DNA of 56,145 bases, the filler included, from Bipalium vagum (Eukaryota): NCBI GenBank assembly GCA_037834085.1. It is 3 parts of 3 records of this genome, joined end to end, with 100 filler letters (N's around TTAATTAATTAA, not from the genome) between each part and the next. Parts side by side here need not be neighbours in the genome. Positions count along the whole stretch, not along the records: positions 36,999 to 56,145 come from JBBMKC010008911.1; 2 more parts are not named here. The stretch is one strand, 5' to 3'. Every line of letters begins with the position of its first letter. Within the stretch, counting starts at the first letter, position 1. The notes below the pieces were generated by a model. That model saw only the letters and a list, made by a program, of their open reading frames with translations. It was not told the DNA's origin and made no database searches. The position numbers and the translations under genes are program-made. Below are positions 51,801-56,145 of the stretch, in pieces.

Positions 51801-54800
51801 GAATTCACAAACTATCACACGAATGAGCCAAAGTTGTAGATAGCAATGAAAATTAATTTGTGTAAGAAAATTTTTAGTTTAGCTAAATTAAACGTTTTTG
51901 CACTCTTAAAATTTTTTCATTTTCAACTTGTACATATGACATAAATATTATTTAAACAAATTGCTTATTAAGTTCTAATATATAAATGAATTAATGAAGA
52001 AAAAATATTTTGTAAAACAACCTAATATTAATTTCTTAATTTCATTTTTAACCTTAATTGTGCTTTTGGAAATCGTTAATCTATCTGCTGAATATTGAAA
52101 AATTGTCAATTGTTTAATGTTCAATTATTTAAATTTTCCAAGTTTGACTTATCGGTTTAATAGCTTTCAAGTGATTGATCTGCCGGAGAATTATTCAAAG
52201 GAAAAAGTTAGAATAAATAATACCATTCCGCTATTTCTATTACGAAATGAGACATTTTGTAAAGAAACCACAACGTTGTCCTCTTTGATCATTAAAAAAT
52301 GTAAGAATCTTTTTAAAATATTAATTATTTTCTATTAAAAAATAATACCACATATTAGTTTTATGTTAAATAATTTTTTGACCTTTAAATTACTTACGAA
52401 TGATTTAGTTGCGAATTGATTTATTTCTGTTTTTATTTATTTATATTTTTGCCAAAATTAATAAAATAATATTAACGAATTATATTGAAATTCATTTTGA
52501 ATATATGCCTATTTAAACGATTTTGAACGGTCTGTGATCTACTTCTACCTGAACGGCATAATGTACATCAGCTTTTGAATGAGGATTTTGAAAATATGGC
52601 TTTATGGTAAACAATAATCATCAAAGTCAAATTGCGAAATGTAACAAAGTTTTTCGGAAATTTCACTCATCAAATAGAAACAACATTTTACTTAAGTAGA
52701 GAAATGTTCCTAGTTTTGAAACTGAACATTTGTTAAAGTAGAATATTTATTATATCAACATTATATTTTTTCAAATCAGATTTAATTAAAGCTGAACTGA
52801 AGTCAAATTTTGAATTCAATGTTAATAACTTAAATTTTAACCATTAAATATTTTAAATAATTTAATTTTATGAATACTCGATTTTATTTTATTAAGTATA
52901 TAAAAATACTCAATAAGGCACTACCGGTAATATACATATAATTTTTTATTATTATATTCTCATTGTTTATTTATTGTTATAAAATAAAAATAATAATTTG
53001 AAAAAATCGAATTTTTAATTTTAGGTGTTACATTTTATTTTACTAAAAGCACAAACTCATTTTTTTATAAAAAAGTTTGTGATTTCAGATTTCTTTAACT
53101 ATATATGATCATTTGTGTTGATTTTTATAAAAAATCTAAATTGAAATTAGCTTTGACATTATTGTATAAGATTAATTTTGATAGTAAGTTGGGAAGAGTG
53201 CAGCTTTAATGAGTCTCTGGACGTCATAATACAAACGTTGAGTAAAATCCGCCACGATTCATTCAGTGCACACATAATAATTCCTAATCAACTGAGAATC
53301 TATCAACGATTAAAGTAAATGAATTTTTTAAATTTTCCTTATTGGATATCCATTTATTTCCATAAAAAAGGAGCCAGGAAAAACAAGTTGGCTCTATCGA
53401 AAGTCCACTGCAAAGTCAAACCAAATATGAGTCAAATTTGGATCAAAGTACAGAGAATAATGAGGAATTGGAGAGTTTATCCGATAAGTCGGCTAAAGAT
53501 TTATCGGAAGAAGAAGAATGTAATCAAATCACGAAAAACATTTTGGAATTGAGCTTATTAGCAGATGACAATGGTCAAGAATGTGGTCCCGATCAATTAA
53601 ATTCGTTGAAAAATGAAATATCTATGAACAAAAATCAATCTGAAACTGAGGACATTGACGATGAAGATATCACAAGTTATTGTTCTATAATCAGGTGGAA
53701 AATGACCTCAAATCTTGTCGAATCTCAAACCAAAGGCTTGCAGTGGCATTTGCCGTTACCAGAAGAACGGGTTTTTCGAGCTCTTGTTACAGCAGTTGAC
53801 AACAAATTAGGTTTCCATATAAACGTGTGCTCCACAGACATTGTCAAATCCTTTAAAATTCTCGAGAAATCGCTACTAAAACATTTTCTGTTGTGCAACA
53901 ATTCAATGTTGCGACAATTTGTGTCGGAAATCGAACTGAAACTCGGCACGATTTGTTTGTGTATGAATAATTCAACTTACAACCGAGCGGTGATTGTCGG
54001 TGAAAAACAATTGGACGGAAAATATCCCTGCAAAGTTTTGGATTACGGATACAACATCACGATCGATAAGTGTGATATAATTCCGATAAGTGATCAGTTT
54101 TGTAATTTGCCACCGTTAGCTGTCGAGTGTACTTTGTCGGGATTTGGACTCATGTTTGAAAATATTACTGTTTTGGTGGATAGGTTCAAGGAAATTTTGG
54201 AAGAGTGTGATTACGAAGTGCTGGTAACGTTGTGCTTCATGGACAAAAGAGGATCTTATGTTCGAATTGATGACAAGATTATTATGAATCAACCAATGGC
54301 CGTTGAATTATTTGTTTCTCGTACTGGTCAGAATGGTGAAACGAAAATTGAATCGATCAATGTTATATTACATGAATTACATCAAGAATATGTCAAACTG
54401 AACGAGTTGGAAGGTGTGGAACCAACTAGTGTCAGTCCCCGGGAACTCTATCTCTGTTCAGAACCAATCGTTGAAGAAGATGAAAGTGAAGACTATGTTG
54501 ATGCTATTGAAGAATTGGAAGATAGAGACGTCCAGGTCGAGGAAGAAAAGAAAGGGGACCTCGTCAATGTAGAGAGAGAAGATAATCAAGAAGAAATTGA
54601 TGGAATGAATGATATTTATTTGACTCAGCAAATAATCGATGAAAATGAACTGCCCCATATTTACGATAAAAAACCGGTTTGTGAATATTATAGGAAAAAC
54701 CGTCGCTGTTTTAAAGGCTCAAAATGTCAAGATCGTCACGTTTTGCATTCAGATAGTTCTGACAACGAGGAGAATGATGACATGTTCGATTGGGTGAAAT

Positions 54801-55827
54801 CGGCCTCCTATTTGACCAGTTCTTTCGAACGGCAATTGCGAAAAGGTTCCACTATCGGCCTGAGAGTCACCGCAATTTATAATAATGGAATTTTTTATGC
54901 CTCTTTAACTCATGGAATAAATGGGTTTGATACGGACAATTCCGACATTTATGAATCTAACAATAATTATGAGGTCAATAATGTATCCGATATAGATTGT
55001 GAAAATGATGACAATAGCAGTAATACTTGTACAAATGATGACATCGGATTGGATTTCATGACCGTTCAAGACATGGAGGATAGTCTAAGGTGAGAATTAC
55101 CATCGATTTTTCTAATGAATTTTTTTAAAGTTATTATATTTATTACTTTCCTTTTTATTATTACACTATTATTTATTTTTATTGTTATCATTATTGTAAT
55201 TATTTTTGAAATTTTTTTAACAATAAAAACTATATTACATTTTATTTAATCAATATTTAATCAATGATTTTTATATAATTTACGTGAGTGTTAATATTCT
55301 GATTTTTACGTGTTTCGTTTAGTGATTGTATGAAATATAAATATTCCACGTTGAAAGATGACGTAGAATTGCCCATAAACACCTTGGTTGCTGTAATGTT
55401 TGAAGAAAGGATTCGCAGGGCAAGTGTGACCAATCTCGTTTCGTTTAATCGCTACCAGGTCTTCCTGGTGGATTACGGGATCAGTATTGAAGTGCATTTG
55501 GAAAGCTTGTTTCTTCTGCCAAAAGAATATTACATGAGATTTAAGCAGCAATGCTTCATGTGCAAACTTGGTGGTGTCAGTGTTTCCGAATCTGATTCGC
55601 AAGTTTTTGCCGACTGGTTCTATGATCGAGTCAACAAGCGAGTTCTTCACGCCAAAGTCTTGGAAACGTAAGAATGAATTGATCTGATTTTTTCTCTTCC
55701 TAATGGGTTTTTTTTCTTTCGAATTAGGCACGAAGACGGGATGAATTTTGTGGAGTTGTACGATTTTATTTCTGATTCTTGCAGTCCATCGATAAATTCT
55801 ATTGCCATTAAAGACCTGAAGCTCTGA
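48839..55827 (+). CDS. Multi-Tudor protein (3 extended Tudor domains + CCCH zinc finger), ~996 aa; exons 48839-48878, 48922-49069, 49112-49406, 49456-49532, 52164-52300, 53185-53314, 53371-55089, 55323-55667, 55728-55827
   Basis: Phase-consistent GT-AG exon chain. Tudor1 PKVGTICVV..SDKRWYRAKV...LLDYG; Tudor2 KLGTICLC...YNRAVI...VLDYG...FCNLPPLAVECTLSG; C-x8-C-x5-C-x3-H at 54680-54739; Tudor3 INTLVAV..RRASV...LVDYG...QCFMCKLGGV. Start codon is tentative. Confidence 0.85.
50819..51939 (+). mobile_element. Decayed mariner with Mos1/mauritiana-like TIRs, inside the 2.6-kb intron of the Tudor gene
   Basis: TA followed by ttaggtgtacaagttgaaaatga; right end (reverse complement) tcatatgtacaagttgaaaatga. 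Internal LEDADLQAFLDE, FLHLILIGDE, NPKRRKS and SYSPT (YSPD) motifs. Confidence 0.85.
51540..51622 (-). mobile_element. Left end of the same mariner family as 22811, nested in the 50819-51939 element
   Basis: Reverse complement ttggcttgctcggaaagtcatttcgcttttttatacctatatttaaattttaatttaaagcactta aligns closely over ~70-80 nt with 22811 onward; TA at 51623-51624. Confidence 0.8.
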
Positions 55828-56145
55828 ATTTTTGAGATTGTGGTGTGTACATGAATGTCTTGTTGAAAATTAAAGTCTGTGTTTATATATATTTGTTCGT
55901 TATTTTTTAAATATCGTGAGTTCAAATTTTTATTCGTAAAAAAACAGTTTTCAGTAATTGTAATTTATTGATTCTTTTTCTAAAGATGTTTTTTTAAAAT
56001 TAGAGACTAAGAATTGATTGGCTAATATTAGAAAGAGTTTTAATTATAAATTACCGTTATATATATATATACATATACTCCAATAATTATCCGTACGATA
56101 ATAATACAAATAAAAAAAAACAATTTCACTAAAAAAGAAAACATT

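Noticed and set aside
53438-55093. 551-aa ORF as a complete single-exon gene
   Set aside because: It starts at TTG and is bounded by splice sites; it is an internal exon (53371-55089) of the Tudor gene.
55306-55925. Minus-strand ORFs opposite the last Tudor exons (also 53725-53949, 54458-54658, 41733-42082, 43012-43443)
   Set aside because: Antisense shadows of real coding exons with no recognisable motifs.

Overview
This is an AT-rich nuclear scaffold from an animal; liprin-alpha and LL5/PHLDB are metazoan families. The intron style (mostly 40-64 nt plus a few multi-kb) and the abundant mariners and (ATT)n tracts suggest a small-intron invertebrate, but the species cannot be determined from the sequence. 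Three contigs are joined by two artificial 100-nt gaps (N44-TTAATTAATTAA-N44). Manually spliced host genes: UBE2G1/Ubc7 (+, 599-1254, complete); the first three coding exons of liprin-alpha (-, 35107-20793, rest not found); an LL5/PHLDB coiled-coil+PH gene (+, 38076-43963, with a probable GC-AG intron); and a ~996-aa protein with three extended Tudor domains and a CCCH finger (+, ~48839-55827), whose eTudor-CCCH-eTudor part resembles Krimper. There is also a decayed, apparently intronless synaptojanin copy (-, ~44350-46854). The rest is largely decayed TEs: Ty3/Gypsy, an R2-like REL non-LTR element, hAT, a near-full-length Chapaev3, pogo/Tigger, maT and about 9 mariner pieces. The most unusual segment is 9230-9960. 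It holds three regularly spaced 31-nt hairpins with compensatory stem changes, two further hairpins, and flanking degenerate LAGLIDADG homing-endonuclease-like motifs, which resembles organellar/fungal-type DNA inserted into an animal genome. All homology calls come from motif recognition, not database searches.
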